DNA from: Cenococcum geophilum
Lineage: Eukaryota
Length of the DNA stretch: 64,000 nt
NCBI GenBank assembly: GCA_050273025.1
Contig: CP158635.1
Span: 2,852,001-2,916,000, forward strand
Reading direction: 5' to 3'
Below, piece after piece: positions 49,639 to 63,700 of the stretch. The position numbers were made by a program, and so were the translations under genes. How positions within the stretch are numbered: position 1 is the stretch's first letter; every line of letters begins with the position of its first letter. Under the pieces are notes generated by a model. It ran no database searches. It saw only the letters and a program-made list of their open reading frames with translations, and had not been told where the DNA came from.

Positions 49639-52600
49639 TGTCACGGAACCCTACCGCAGGGGCCTCCATAGGAGAGCCCCGTGCTCTCGCGTACACCTCG
49701 CGTACAGCTTATGTCAGCTACGCGTAGGTATATCACCTCCTTACGTCCTTGACCCTTACGATCGATCGCGCAACGTCTTGTAGACTCCTCGAATACATAT
49801 ATCTTATAGCCACTGCCCCGTCCCATAACATTACGTTATGCCTTTTTACCACCAACACCTAGCCTACGACTAATTCTATATCTCTGTAATACTATAGGCG
49901 CTGCTAGAAGCAACATGCCTACAAGTTACCTTACTTTATACTTCTAAGGAACCTATAATAATAAGATAATATTCCTTACTAGCCACTATATTAAACCTAA
50001 AGAACAATCCAATACCTATACTTAACCTACAACGCTAATTAATCCCAGAAGAATTTGATTTATTAGCTCTAGCCTTAACCCCTAAGGAGATAGATACCAA
50101 TAATATCTTATTTTTTATTAACTATATAACTACGGATAAGTAAGCGGAAGGGCTACTACTTATTAAAATCGAAATATGAGACGCCGAGACATTCGCAAAA
50201 ATGGTAGCACAAGAACCTAACAAATACTACTACCTTCTATAGAACTACCACCTAAAGCTTACACGAGCCGAGATATGTACTGTTTAAGATCGCGATATCA
50301 TCTAAGACCTATAAGCTCGCGAGGCGCTCGCCGATAATACGCGTTAAGAAACCAAAGATAACCTCCGCGTGTCTAAACGCGACGTCCAACAGTTAAAGAA
50401 GGCTAAGATTGCACTTATTACTACAGTCACTAAAAGAAAAGGCATAATTAAATACCTATAATTTCAGCTTAACAAGCATATTTATAATAACGCCAGACAC
50501 CTCTCTACTGCATATAACGCCACTTAAGTCTCTACGCCCCCGGCAACTTTACCTACTTAACACTTAATAAAGGGTTAACGCTAAACAGCCTTACCTAACG
50601 GGAACCCCTACTAAAGTAATAATAAAAGCTATAACGACTAAACCTAAGCTGCTACCGTAGGGTCTAATATATATTACCCTAATCCCCTAGTTTTCTAAAG
50701 AGACCGCAAAAAATACAGCCACTAGAAGATGTAAATCCGTAAAAAACTAACTTAGAGCGCCTACCTTTTTCCTATAGAAGATACTAAGATTGGCTATATT
50801 ATTGGGCAAATAAAGGGTATACTATTTAACAGACTCTTCGCCTAATAGGAGACCAATAGCCCCTAGAAGTGGCAGTTCTACTAAAAAGTCCTTAACGATC
50901 TCAACCTAATATACCGCGACTATAACCTACTAGCCACTAACCGAGCTAAACTACATACCCTAAAGATAAGCCCTACTAAATTATTTAATAAGTTCTATAT
51001 TAAATTCTAGAAATACACTAAAGCCCTTACCCGAGACGATACTAAAGACTAAAAAGATCTCCTTAAAAAAGTTACTTATTACCTTAGTCACGCAGCCGCC
51101 AGCCATAACTATAATAATATTTATAATATAGTAGCAGCCATACGGAAGATTAAATAACGACTAAATTAGATTGCTACTGTAAACCCCTACCTAAAGACCT
51201 CCCTATAGAAGCCCTCCGGACCTACTAAACTACTAACACCTATTACCCTAAGTAACACTACTAGTCCTAATATTAACCTTTCTATACTAACCTTCCCGTA
51301 GAAGCTACTAGATAGAGAACGCGAGCTACTCTAAAAGCTAAAGCGTTGCTATAAATATTATTAAGAAGGCTATTATAGCTATAGCCTAAACTGCCTAATA
51401 GCTAGGTTTAGCAGCTGCCGCCTAATACCTAACCTAGTACCTTAAACACTAAATACGTCACTACGTACCACTACCATACAAGATAAAAACGCAGCAATAG
51501 CGGTAGAGTTAGATACGGAAACGGAAAACGCTAAGTCCTAGCCCTAAGTTATAGGTTAGGACGCCCTAATAATAAGGGGATCTATATATCGGCCTACTTA
51601 ATAGATAACTTAGTAAAAATAAATAGATGGAAATAAATAGTTTTACCTGTAATAGGAACTACTGCTAAAAAATAATATAAAAGCCGTTCTATAATTAATT
51701 ATGGAGCTACTAATAAATTTATAAATACCTAATTTATATACACTTATAACCTACCTACCTTACCCCTTACTAAAGCCCGCGCCCTATAACTCGCTAATAG
51801 TAGTTATACCGCATAGAAGATTACCTATATAGTATAACTCTACCTAGATATAAATAGGCACCAGGAAGAACTCTAAGCCTATATTACACTACTTATTAAC
51901 TACCCTATTATCCTTGGAATAAACTAGCTTAAATAATATAACCCCGCCATTAACTAGAAAAAGAGAGAAGTAACCTTTAACTCTAAATACTATAGAGAGA
52001 CCTACCTAGGATATGGCCTAGCCGCCTCTATCTACTCCCCAGGATACTAACCTAAGGAACCCCTTATTATCCTACCTATAACCAACTACTACTATATAAG
52101 TGCCGCGGCCTTCTACTATATAGCACGTAGGAAAGGCTAGACCGTTACCGCAGCCTCCTGATTATAACTATATAAGCTTAATAAAGAATAAAACCACGTC
52201 CTCTATAGTAACAGAATAAATATAATCAACCTCCTAGAAAACGATGCCCCCGCAGAACTCTACGGACTTTTACCTTTAGACTTTAAGAAGTTTATAAAGC
52301 TTAAAAAAGAACTTACCAACAAGGAACTCCGCAAGCTCCTCCCTAAAAGGTACTATAACTTTATTAACGTATACTTATAAAAGAGCGCAAATACACTCCC
52401 CCCACATCAACCTAATAATTATACCATTAATATTAAACAAGGAAAAACGCCACCCTATAAAAGACCCTACCTAATATTAAAAGACGAACTTCTAGTTATT
52501 AAAAAGTATATCAACAAACACCTTAACAAAGGGTTTATTCGCCCCAGTATATCCCTAGCAGCCGCCCCCATCCTCCTTACTAAGAAGCCAAGAAGAGGTA

Positions 52601-55600
52601 TTTAATTCTACATTAACTACAGAGGACTTAACGCTATTATAATTAAGAACTAATACCCCGTACCGCTTATATATAAGACTCTTAAGCGGCTTAGCCAAGC
52701 CAAAATCTATACTAAGCTTAATATTATCGCCGCCTTTAACCGCCTTTAAATATAAGAAGGTAATAAATAGAAAACCGCATTCGCATCGCGCTTTAGCCAA
52801 TTTGAATATACCGTTATGCCCTTTAGCGTATATAACGGCCCAGGCAGCTTTTAAAGCTATATTAATAACGCCTTACAGGACTACCTTAACGACTTCTACT
52901 CTGCGTACCTAGATAATATACTTATTTATAACAATAACCCTTTTAAGCATACTAAGCACGTTTAAAAGGTCCTATAGCGCCTTAGGGACGCAAGACTTTA
53001 TATTAATTTAAAGAAGTGCGAATTCTCAGTCACAGAAGTAAAATACCTTAGACTAATTATTATTACTAAGGGTGTCCATATAGACCCTAAGAAGGTATAT
53101 ATAATTACCAAATAGTAAACCCCTAACTGCATTAAAGACGTATAAGCTTTCCTTAGTTTCGCTAACTTCTATTAAAAATTTATATATAACTTCTTGGGTG
53201 TTATAGCACCACTTATAGCAATAATGCGAATAAAGGGCCTTTCTATAAAAGAAAGAAAAACATATCTACGTTTTATCTGGACGCCTAAATATAAGAAGGC
53301 GTTCTAAGACCTTAAAGATACTTTTACTAAAGCACCTATCCTAGCTTACTTTATACCAGGACAACAACTCTATCTTAAGACTAACTCCTTAGACCACGTT
53401 AACGCAGGCGTCCTCTCCCAGATAGGCAACAACGGTCTCCTCCACCTAGTTATATTCTATTTATCTAAGCTTACACTATAAGAATATAACTATAAGATCT
53501 ATAATAAGGAACTTCTCGCGATCATATAAGCGTTTAAGGAATTCTAACCAGAACTCTCCTTAGCAGAACCTAACTAGCTAACTAAAGTTCTTACAAATCA
53601 TCGCAATTTTAAGTACTTTATAACTACGAAATAGCTAAACTAATACTAAGCACGCTAAAACGAGTTCCTCTCTAGTTTTAACTTTAAAATTATATATAGG
53701 CTAGGAGTATAAGGTACTAAGCCTAATAGCCTAACACGCCGCTTATAAGACCTTCCTTAGTCTAAAGATAACCCCTATAACCAGTTCCAATAATAAACAA
53801 TCCTAAAAGCACGGAATTTAGCCCTAAGTATACTACCTATAATAAAGCTAACTATACCTTAGCTCTACACCATAGAACTAGAATTACCTCCCAAAATCAA
53901 TAAGCTTATTACTACGGCATATAACACCTCTATTAACCTATTACTACATTAACTTATTACCGCAAAAACCGCCGGCGCCCATACGCTGCCAACTAAACTT
54001 TAAAGCTTAAGCTAGATTAATATAGCAGCCTTAGAAGTAAAAGAGAACAGGCTCTATTATAGAGGCCGTCTATTTATCCCTAACTTAGAAAATTTATAAC
54101 GGCAACTAATCTAAATAGCCTATAACCTCCGATTAAGCGGCCACCTAGGTAGAGGAGGAACCTATAAGCTTCTTAGCCGATACTACTTCTGGCCTAAAAT
54201 AATAGACTTAGTTAAACGCTTTATAGGCGCCTACTACAGTTATAAGCGCGCTAAGGCCTTTAATACAAAGTACTAAGAACTACTGCACCCTCTACTAGTA
54301 CCCATATAACGATGGGTAGGTATCGCTATAGATTTCATTATTAACCTACTACCCTATAAGCGACATGGCCGTACCTATAAGAATATCCTTATAATAATAT
54401 ACCAACTTATAAAAGAGCGCCACTATGTCCTAACCGAAGGCGTAGCCGTCAGCGACGTCACTAACGCCTTCCTCTACGAAATCTACCAATTACATAGGTT
54501 ACCTAACTCGATTACATCCAACTAAGGTATATAGTTTGGCTCTAATATATAGAGACGAATCTACTAACGCCTTGGCATCTCCGTTAAGATATCTACATCC
54601 TTCTATTATAAAACTGCTGGGCAACCGGAAAACGCTAATACTAGTATAAAAGCGTACCTACAACAGGTAGTTACCTATAGTTAAAATAACTGGGTAGATT
54701 ACCTTTTACTAGGTAAATTTACAGCGAATAACTACGTCTTAACTACTACAGAACTTACCCTATTCTTCGCGAATAAGGGATATTACCCCTAATCCGGCAT
54801 AGAACCACCAGAACCTATTAATAAAAAACTGCCATATAGAAAACGCCTTAAGATGCTACTTACCGACTAGCATACAAACCGTATAAAAAATCTACTTAAC
54901 TACTGCAAGGGAGAAATGGCCTGGGCTTAAGTAAAGTAGGCCTACTTTACCGACTATTATAGAACGCCACCACCAGAGATACGTGTTGGCGACTAAGTAT
55001 AGCTAAATACACACAATATCTCTACGCAGAGGCCTATAAAGTCACTTAATTATAAGAACCTTGGCCCCTACCTAATTAAATAAGTCATTAACAGGGGAGC
55101 CGCATATAAGCTAGAGCTCCCGCCTACCCTAGCCACCCGCGGGATATAGCCTGTATTTCACCTATAGCTACTATACCTTTACCAGCCTAACCCCTTACCG
55201 GGGTAAACATAGCCTAAACCCCCACTAGTACTAATCCGAGATAAGAACGAAGACGAGAACTATAAGGAGTAGACCGTTAAACAAATTATTAACTCTAAAT
55301 ACTTTAGCAAAGGTAGAGGACGACGGCTTTACTACAGAGCTATATATACAGGATTTAACATAAATTAGCTAGAATGGCAACCATAGAAAGACTTTAAAAA
55401 TGCAAAGGATCTAATTAGCGACTTTTACTATGCAAACCCACAGAAACCGGGCCTAAGCAGAGATTTTATACCTAATCCTCTATAGGAGCCCTTATAAAGT
55501 TAAACCGTTGTATATTACTACGTAGGGGCAAATTACCGTTAAATTACCGTTAGATTGCGGTAAAGTACGATCACGTAACTAGAATATCGTTAAGATGTCC

Positions 55601-55982
55601 AGGAACTTTAACCAGCGGTTAAAGTTGTCTAATTAATCGGATTCTTAGATGCCAAGCCTTATTACATAACATTGTTTTAAGCCTTCAGTAATACCCCCCT
55701 TTCTTCTTTTCTATACCCTAAGTATCCCTTCTATATATATATAGTAACCACAGCGTCGCCGGAGCTCCGCCTCTATAGGAGGGGGGGTAGTGTCACGGAA
55801 CCCCACCGCAGGGGCCTCCATAGGAGAGCCCCGTGCTCTCGCATACACCTCACGTACAGCTTATATCAGCTACGCGTAGGTATATCACCTCCTTACGCCC
55901 TCAACCCTTACGATCGATCGCGCAACGTCTTGTAGACTCCTCAAATATATACGTCTTGTAGCCACTGCCCTGTCCCGTGACA
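49639..55982 (+). mobile_element. Full-length RIPed Ty3/Gypsy chromovirus with 192-bp LTRs and TSD (A/G)GGCG
   Basis: LTRs 49639-49830 and 55791-55982 (TGTCACGG...CCGTGACA); PPT AGGAGGGGGGG. Domains: protease INYGAT, RT INYRGLN and AYLDNILIY, RNase H KTNSLD, integrase GHLGRGGTY and a chromodomain at ~55260-55435. Confidence 0.95.
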
Positions 55983-56974
55983 GGGCGTTTGTATGGGCGA
56001 TTATATTAATATTCGTAGAGCCGTTTATAGAGCCTTCCTAGTCTATTAGTGCTGCGTGTTAGTAGAGCTTTAGAGCTCCGTATTAAGCTTTAAGTAGAGC
56101 TTTAAGCTTAAGGGGGAGACCCCCTTAGACCCCCCCTGCGTATTATATGCTCTATTTACTATATAAGCAGAACTCTTATAGAGGCTTTAGTAGAGCTTTA
56201 TATAGAGCTTTATATAGAGCCTTATAGAGCTTTAGTAGAGCTTAATATTTTAAAAGTTTATTACGCGGATTCTGCTATAACTTACTACGCGCAGTTTTAT
56301 TTCTAACCAATTAGAAGCTAGCTTAGCGGGGTTTAAATCCCAAGACCTAAAAGTATAGATTACTCATACCTTGGGTTAATAAATGCTGCCTATAACTTTC
56401 CAATAAGTGCCGGAATCCTATAGGTGTACTGCAATTTCAGCCTATATTATATGCTCTTAAAAGTATATATAAGTGTTATAAAATACCAAATTTAGAAACA
56501 AAAGGAATATATAAGGCTAGACCTAAAAATATTAAAGAAGTTCCTATATAAAGACCCCTATAAACTTTATAACAACCTAAAACCCCCTTATATATATTTA
56601 AAGAAGTTCCTATATAAATAACCCTATAAGCGTAGCTATAAGTCTAAGCTCCCTTACGTAACCTAACTACCCCTCTCTACCACACCGGAATAGATAAATA
56701 ACCGCTATATATAATAAGTAGAGAAATGATTTAAATAAAAAGAAAACGCTATAAAATAATATATTAATGGTTTTAAGGTATAAAACTATAAGTACCGTAG
56801 TCTTAAATACGACTAATAGTTGCTAAGATAGTATACGTTCTAGGTCTATAAGAAATTCAAAAATTCTTAGGTCGTTAGTATAGATTTACCTTCTATTATT
56901 GGTTTTAAGGTAGTAAATAAATTTATCTAAGGGAAGGCATAAATCGTTATAAATGTTTTATAGCTCGCTATAAG

Positions 56975-59457
56975 TGTAAGGCAGTATTGCTAGGGTATAC
57001 GGTAGGGAGCAGGTAAGCCGAGTATGAGTTATATAGGGAGTTGATGGAAGAGGACGATATGGTAATAAGGGTAGGCAATAGCCTAAGTACAGAGACGAAC
57101 CGATGGGGGAGGAAGGAGGCTGCAAGCCCGAGGTGCTTATAAGGAGGTGCCAAGGGCTAGCCAAAGGCTAGCCTTGGCGACCCCTAAGAGCCCCTAGGCG
57201 ATGCAGCCGAGTAAGGGACCAAAAGTACCCTTACATTGCCCCCCCCTTGGTTAGGGCTGGCCCCCAGCCCGTATCCCAATAGATTAATTCTATGTACAGA
57301 AAGGTAAGCAGTGCAGAAGCCTTGCTTATATAGGGGAATAAAGAAATAGGGGAAAAGGACCAGCCAAGCAGCCTCGATAAAAACCTTAACCTATAGCCAA
57401 AACCCAGTGGGAAAAAGGGCCTATTTTAGGTAGGAAAAGAGCGTCTGCTAGTGGGGTAAGACTTGATCGTATACGATCAGTCTTAGAGACAATCGCCTGC
57501 GATTAAGTCTCGACAGCTCTATGGCTGACAGCCAGATAGTCTCCACTTGGAGCCGGCTTGATCGCAAGAATATCCCTTACATTCCCCCCCCCTTCTTGCG
57601 GTCAACCCCCTCCATTACCTTGCGGTAGCGGGAGATTATAGAGGGCTCGTCCCGGAAGAGTTCGGAGAGATGTCGATAGAGTCTTGTGAGCTTTTGAAGC
57701 AAGCTGGAGCTCTTGGAGCAACCAAAGCTTTGCAGAGATGATCGCGTAGGATCTTTGAGCTGCTGCTATATCTTTTGGGCAAGCTATAGCTCTTGATGCA
57801 AGCTGGAGCTCTTGGAGCGACCAAAGCCTTGCAGAGAGATCGCGTAGGATCTTTGAGCTGCTGCCATTCTCTTGGGCAAGCTATAGCTCTTGATGCAAGC
57901 TGGAGCTCTTGGAGCGACCAAAGCCTTGCAGAGAGATCGCGTACGATCTTTGTAAGACGTAGCTCTTTTAGAGACTTTAAATTGACGTCTTAATTGCCTT
58001 CCCCCGGCCGCGTAATCAGTTTTTGTAAGGAAGTGATAGCCAAATAGCTATACGCGTGTTTCCTTCCTTCTGAATTACACTGTTATTACGGAGTAATATT
58101 AGCAATAAGAAGAGATCACGTAGGATCTAAGAGCTGCTGCCATTCTCTTAGGCAAGCTATAGCTCTTGATGCAAGCTGGAGCTCTTGGAGCGACCAAAGC
58201 CTTACAGAAAGATGATCGCGTACGATCTTTGAGCCGTAGCTCTTGAAGCTGTAGCTATAGCTTAAGGATGGCATTTAACCGCAATAGGATCTCATAAGCT
58301 GAGCTTGTAACTTCAGAAGAGACAATCGCGTACGATTTAGTCTCGGCAGCCCTTAGGCTGACAGCCGGAGAGTCTCCGGGTCGGGCCGTAGCCCTTGAGC
58401 GATCGCATAGGATCTTTGAGCCGCCGCCATTCTCTTGGGCAGGCTGTAGCTCTGAGAGACAATCGCCCTGCGATTAGGTCTCGGCAGCTCTATGGCTGAT
58501 TGGGCAGTAGCCCTTGATTGCATTTGATCTGGAAGAGAGGGTAGTAGCTGTAGCTTTGAAAACTAGCCGTTAGTTCTTTAGATAGCCATTAAATAGCAAT
58601 TGGATAGCCTCTAGGGTAGCTATATCTCTTTAAGGACGTTCAACCTTCTAAGCTCTGTTGGTGGCACTGCCCTACGCAAGTAAACCGTGGTTGGCCTATA
58701 GAGTATTACAAGCTTAATCGCGCACGATCCCCCTTAACTCCTGCTAGAAAGCCTTTAGATAGCAATCAAATTACCTTCGGGTCGCCGTTAGGGCAGAGCT
58801 GCACCGCTGCACTGTCGATCGTATGCGGGTATACCAATCGCGTTTGGAGATGATCGCGTACGATCTGGATAGCCCTGACCTTTAGCTAGATAGCTACCGT
58901 CTTTCTTGTCTTCTGATCCGTATCTACTAACCGTAAGGCGGATGCGATCTGCCAGACTCTGCTGGTGTAGCTGCTCTATAGCATACGCGATTGTCCTAAG
59001 TAAAGGTAGAGGACCTTAATCCGTATTCCAACACCATTATGCGGATGCGATCTCTAGGCGTCTGCTAGTGTACCTACTGTGTTGTAGTGAACGCGATCGT
59101 CCTAGGTAAAAATGGAGGATCGTGATTTTGCTTAAGGGCGTAGCCCTCAGCTTGCTGTATGCTACTACCCATAAGGGTATAGAATTGGTTTAAATGTAAG
59201 GCAGTATTGCCAGGGTATACGGTAGGGAGTAGGTAAGCTGAGCATGAGTTATATAGGGAGTCGATAAAAGAGGACGATATAGTAATAAGGGTAGGCAATA
59301 GCCTAAGTATAGAGAGAGACGAACTAATAGGGGAGGAAGGAGGCTGTAAGCCTGAGGAGCTTATAAGGGGTGGCTAAGGCCTAGCCGAAGGCTAGCCTTG
59401 GCAGCCCCTAAGAGCTCCTAGGATGTAGCCGAGTAAGGGACTAAAAGTACCCTTATA
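56975..59457 (-). mobile_element. Non-autonomous LTR element (TRIM/LARD-like), 2.5 kb, TSD ATAAG
   Basis: LTRs 56975-57235 and 59195-59457 (TGTAAGG...CCTTACA/CCTTATA); ATAAG on both sides. A C-tract (minus-strand PPT) adjoins the left LTR. No RT or integrase motifs were seen; the interior has ~97-bp tandem repeats. Confidence 0.9.
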
Positions 59458-60979
59458 ATAAGTTAAGTAAGTAAAGACTCTGGTGGGAATAGTAAAATAT
59501 TATTTTATTTCGCGATAGGCTAAATAAAGAGAGACTAAAGCTTTTACCCTTTTACCAGTTTTTATTAGAACTCTTCTTTATATTTATATCCTATACTTAT
59601 AGATTTAAGACTATAAAGTTAAGGCTACTATATTTAGCCGTCGCCTATATAACCTTGTCGCTTAATATCTCTTTATTACTATTTGCCCTAATTTCTTAAT
59701 CCTTAGTGCTGAAGTTATTTTCTCTGCTAGATAATGTCTCTGTATCTAATTCCTAGCTAGCTAACACTTCTATATTGCCGTTATCTCTAAAGTGGGGTTC
59801 TTTATTTATAAATGCCTACACTAGCTAACAATTTAGGGATAGTATACTTATAGGTACTTAGGGGTTGCGGGATACTAGTTAAAGAGTTATAGTTAATGCT
59901 ATTAGGATATGGAATAAGTCTATAGGCCTTTAAATACCGGCTACTTAGCGTCTTAAATAAAATATATCCCCTAACGTAAGGTAGATTAATAAGTGTTAGT
60001 ATACCGCCTATATAAGGCGGAGCGCTTATAAAGGGCTTAGCTAGAATACTAACTAAACTACCCTATAGGCACTAATAGCTCCTTTACCATAGATGGGGGG
60101 TTAATATACGAGATTAACTAGCTAGGGTAAGTTTATTGCTTAGGTAGTGTCTTATCCTAGGAAGGATAGGCGTTAGAAGTAAATTATATAATATTATTCC
60201 TACTAAGGGAGGCGTTATTAGGGGTTATTATTAACTTCTGTTTCTAGTTTATAACTTTATATAAGTGCCTTTAAACCCTATTAAGGTATACGGCGTCCGT
60301 TAGGGATCGTTAGCCATCTATATTTAGTAACAGCTTAGCTAATAGCTACTCCTAATAATGCCTTATAGATCACTCTAGGCTTTTATAGTCTTAGGCACAG
60401 ACGATATATAAGCTAAGAAGTAACTATAGCTACTAAATATAGACTCTATATAAAGTGGTAAAGGGCGGCTAATATTACTCCGCCTTTTCCTTCTACCTTC
60501 TGTCCTAACTCCGCCCTAGGAGAGAAATAAAATATAAATATTATGCTCCTAGTCCTTATATGCTATTAAATTAGCTTACCTTTAAATCTAACCTCTAAAG
60601 ATTTCTTACCGTCTTTATAAGAATATTAGATATTATATATATTATTATAACTAAGATTAAATACATTGCTAATATAGCCTATAGGCCCTTAATTAATACT
60701 TATAAAGACATTATACCTAATCGTTAACCTACTAGAAACCTTAAATTATCTTAAAATTATATTAACGCTAAAGACATAGTATCTAATAATAGGGACATGA
60801 GGATTTTTTTTTTAGGCGCGTTGTTACAGATTGCGGCAATTTGCTACAAACTGTGCGATTTGCGTAGTTGTATATGGTCATTAGCGATTCGCGTAAACCG
60901 CGCGTTTTATAACAAATTTATAGCTTCTACTAGTAAATTATAGTAAAACGCTACCCTATAAATAAATAGCTCGTAAACT

Positions 60980-61110
60980 GTATAAATTATAAAAACTATA
61001 TAAATTATAAAAAGTATAAATTGTAAAAACCGTATAAATTGTAAAAACTATATAAATTGTAAAAACTATATAAATTGTAACTATATAAATTATAACTATA
61101 AATTATAATT
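60980..61110 (+). repeat. ~18-bp AT-rich tandem repeat TATAAATTGTAAAAACTA
   Basis: Directly visible. Confidence 0.85.
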
Positions 61111-61254
61111 ATATTATATAATAACCAAATTATTATATATTCCTATAGATTTCTATAATATACTTTTAAATATATTTATATTATAACTATATAAAATATA
61201 AAGCTATCTACTTTAGGCGTTAAGGGGGAAGCCTCTTATAGAGGCTCTAAATTA

Positions 61255-61485
61255 TCTACCTACCTACCTACCTACCTACCTACCTACTTACCTACCTACC
61301 TGCCTGCCTACCTACCTACCTACCTACCTACCTACCTACCTACCTACCTATCTACCTACCTACCTACCTACCTACCTACCTACCTACTTACCTACCTATC
61401 TATCTATTTATCTGTCCGTCCGTCTATACCTACCTATCTATATCTACCTATCTGTGCCTACCTGTCTGTGCCTACCTATCTATAT
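61255..61485 (+). repeat. (CTAC)n microsatellite
   Basis: Directly visible. Confidence 0.95.
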
Positions 61486-61559
61486 TACCTTAATTCAATT
61501 AATCGATCGAATTGTTTATCGTGTTCGCTAGCTAGTCGTTTAAACGGTTGTTGTGTGGC

Positions 61560-61890
61560 TCTGGCGATGGTTATGTGGTGATAACGACGGTCGTCTAGCT
61601 CTGACGGTTATCTAGCTTTAGCGACGGTTATTTAGTTCTGGCGACGGCCGTCTAGCTCTAACGACGGTCGTCTAGCTCTAGCAACGGTCATCTAGCTATG
61701 GCGACGGTTGTCTAGCTCTAACGACGGTCGTCTAGCTCTAACGGTTGTCTAGCTCTGGCAACGGTCATCTAGCTCCGGCGATGGTTGTCTAGCTCCGGCG
61801 ACGGTCGTCTAGCTCTAACAACGGTCGTCTGGCTTTAACGGTTGTCTAGCTCTGGCGACGGTCGTCTGGCTCTGGCAACGGTTATCTACT
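61560..61890 (+). repeat. 20-bp tandem repeat GCGACGGTCGTCTAGCTCT(A/G)
   Basis: Directly visible, with some 17-bp deletion variants. Confidence 0.9.
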
Positions 61891-62049
61891 AGCTATCATT
61901 CTGGTGTCTTCCTAGGTAGGGAGGATATAAGGAAGGGTAAAAAATAAGGTGGCTACCTAGGTGTATATAGGGGGTATACTTAGCAGAGGTATGTGTAGAG
62001 GCTATTAGGAATATAGTAGGGACCTAATAGTAGTATATCGCGTGTATAT

Positions 62050-63700
62050 ATAAAGGCTTTGTGTAAAGCTTTATATAGAGCCTCTATATATAGGGCTTTG
62101 TGTAAAGCCTCGTATAAAGCTTCGCGCAGAGCCTTATGCAAAGCCTCTATATATAAAGCTTTATGTAGAGCTTTGTAGAGCTTTATATAGAGCTTTGTGT
62201 AGAGCTTTATATAGAGCTTTATGCAGAGCTTTATATAGAGCTTCGTGTAGAGCCTCTATATATAGAGCTTTGTGTAGAGCTTTATATAGAGCCTTATATA
62301 GAGCTTTATATAGAGCTTTATATAGAGCTTCGTGTAGAGCCTTATATAGAGCCTTTATATATAGAGCTTTATATAGAGCCTTATATAGAGCCTTGTGTAA
62401 AGCTTTGTATAAAGCTTTATATAGAGCTTTATACAGAGCTTCGTATAGAGCTTTATATAGAGCCTTATATAGAGCCTCGTGCAAAGCTTTATATAAAGCT
62501 TTATATAGAGCTTCGTACAGAGCTTCGTATAGAGCTTTGTATAAAGCTTCGTGTAGAGCTTTATATAGAGCCTTTATACGCAGAGCTTTATATAGAGTAT
62601 TATGCAAAGCTTTATATAGAGCTTTGTATAGAGCTTTATATAGAGCCTCGTGCGAGCCTCTATACGCAGAGCTTTGTATAGAGCCTCGTGTAGAGCCTCG
62701 TATAAAGCTTTATATAGAGCTTCATGTAGAGCTTTATATAGAGCTTTATGTAGAGCTTTATATAGAGCTTTATGTAGAGCTTTATACAGAGCTTTGTATA
62801 CGAATTTGTGTAGAACTTCGTATAGAGCCTTATGCAGAGCCTCTATATATAGAGCTTTGTATAGAGCCTCGTATAAAGCCTCGTGTAAAGCTTTGTGTAG
62901 AGCTTCGCGCAGAGCTTTATATAGAGCTTCGTATAGAGCTTCGTGCAGAGCTTCGTATAGAGCTTCGTGCAGAGCCTCTATACGTAGAGCTTTGTGTAGA
63001 GCTTCGTGCAGAGCCTTGTGTAGAGCTTTGTATAAAGCTTTATACAGAGCCTTATATAGAGCCTCTATATATAGAGCTTTATATAGAGCCTTGTGTAGAG
63101 CCTCGTATAAAGCTTCGTATAGAGCTTCGTGTAGAGCTTCGTGTAGAGCTTTATATAGAGCTTCGTGCAGAGCTTCGTGCAGAGCTTTATGCAGAGCTTC
63201 GTGCAGAGCTTCGTGCAGAGCTTTATGCAGAGCTTCGTGCAGAGCTTCGTGCAGAGCTTCGTGTAGAGCTTCGTGTAGAGCTTCGTGCAGAGCTTTATGT
63301 AGAGCTTCGTGCAGAGCTTTATGCAGAGCTTTGTGCAGAGCTTCATGTAGAGCTTCGTGTAGAGCCTCGTGCAGAGCTTCGTGTAGAGCCTCGTACAAAG
63401 CCTCTATACGTAAAGCTTCGTGTAGAGCCTCGTATAGAGCCTCGTGCAAAGCTTCGTGTAGAGCTTCGTGCAGAGCTTCGTACAGAGCTTCGTGTAGAGC
63501 TTCGTGTAAAGCTTTATGCAGAGCTTCGTGTAGAGCTTCGTATAGAGCTTTATATAGAGCTTCGTGTAAAGCTTTATACAGAGCCTCTATACGCAGAGCT
63601 TTATATAGAGCCTTATATAGAACCTCGTGTAAAGCTTCGTATAGAGCTTTATATAGAGCTTTGTATAAAGCTTTATATAGAGCTTTATATAGCGCTTTAT
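62050..63700 (+). repeat. 12-bp satellite AGAGCTT(C/T)(G/A)T(G/A)(C/T), ~1.65 kb
   Basis: Directly visible; it explains the long periodic ORFs on both strands. Confidence 0.97.

Noticed and set aside
29640..60795. Starship giant element
   Set aside because: No tyrosine-recombinase captain or defined termini were recognised; only indirect cargo-like evidence.
59460..60795. Possible coding relic in RIPed DNA
   Set aside because: No interpretable motif was recovered by manual translation.
61560..61890. Identity of the 20-bp repeat core with the GCTGGACGAC motif at 28.6 kb
   Set aside because: GTCGTCTGGCT variants suggest an ancestral TCTGG rather than TCCAG, so the resemblance is probably coincidental.
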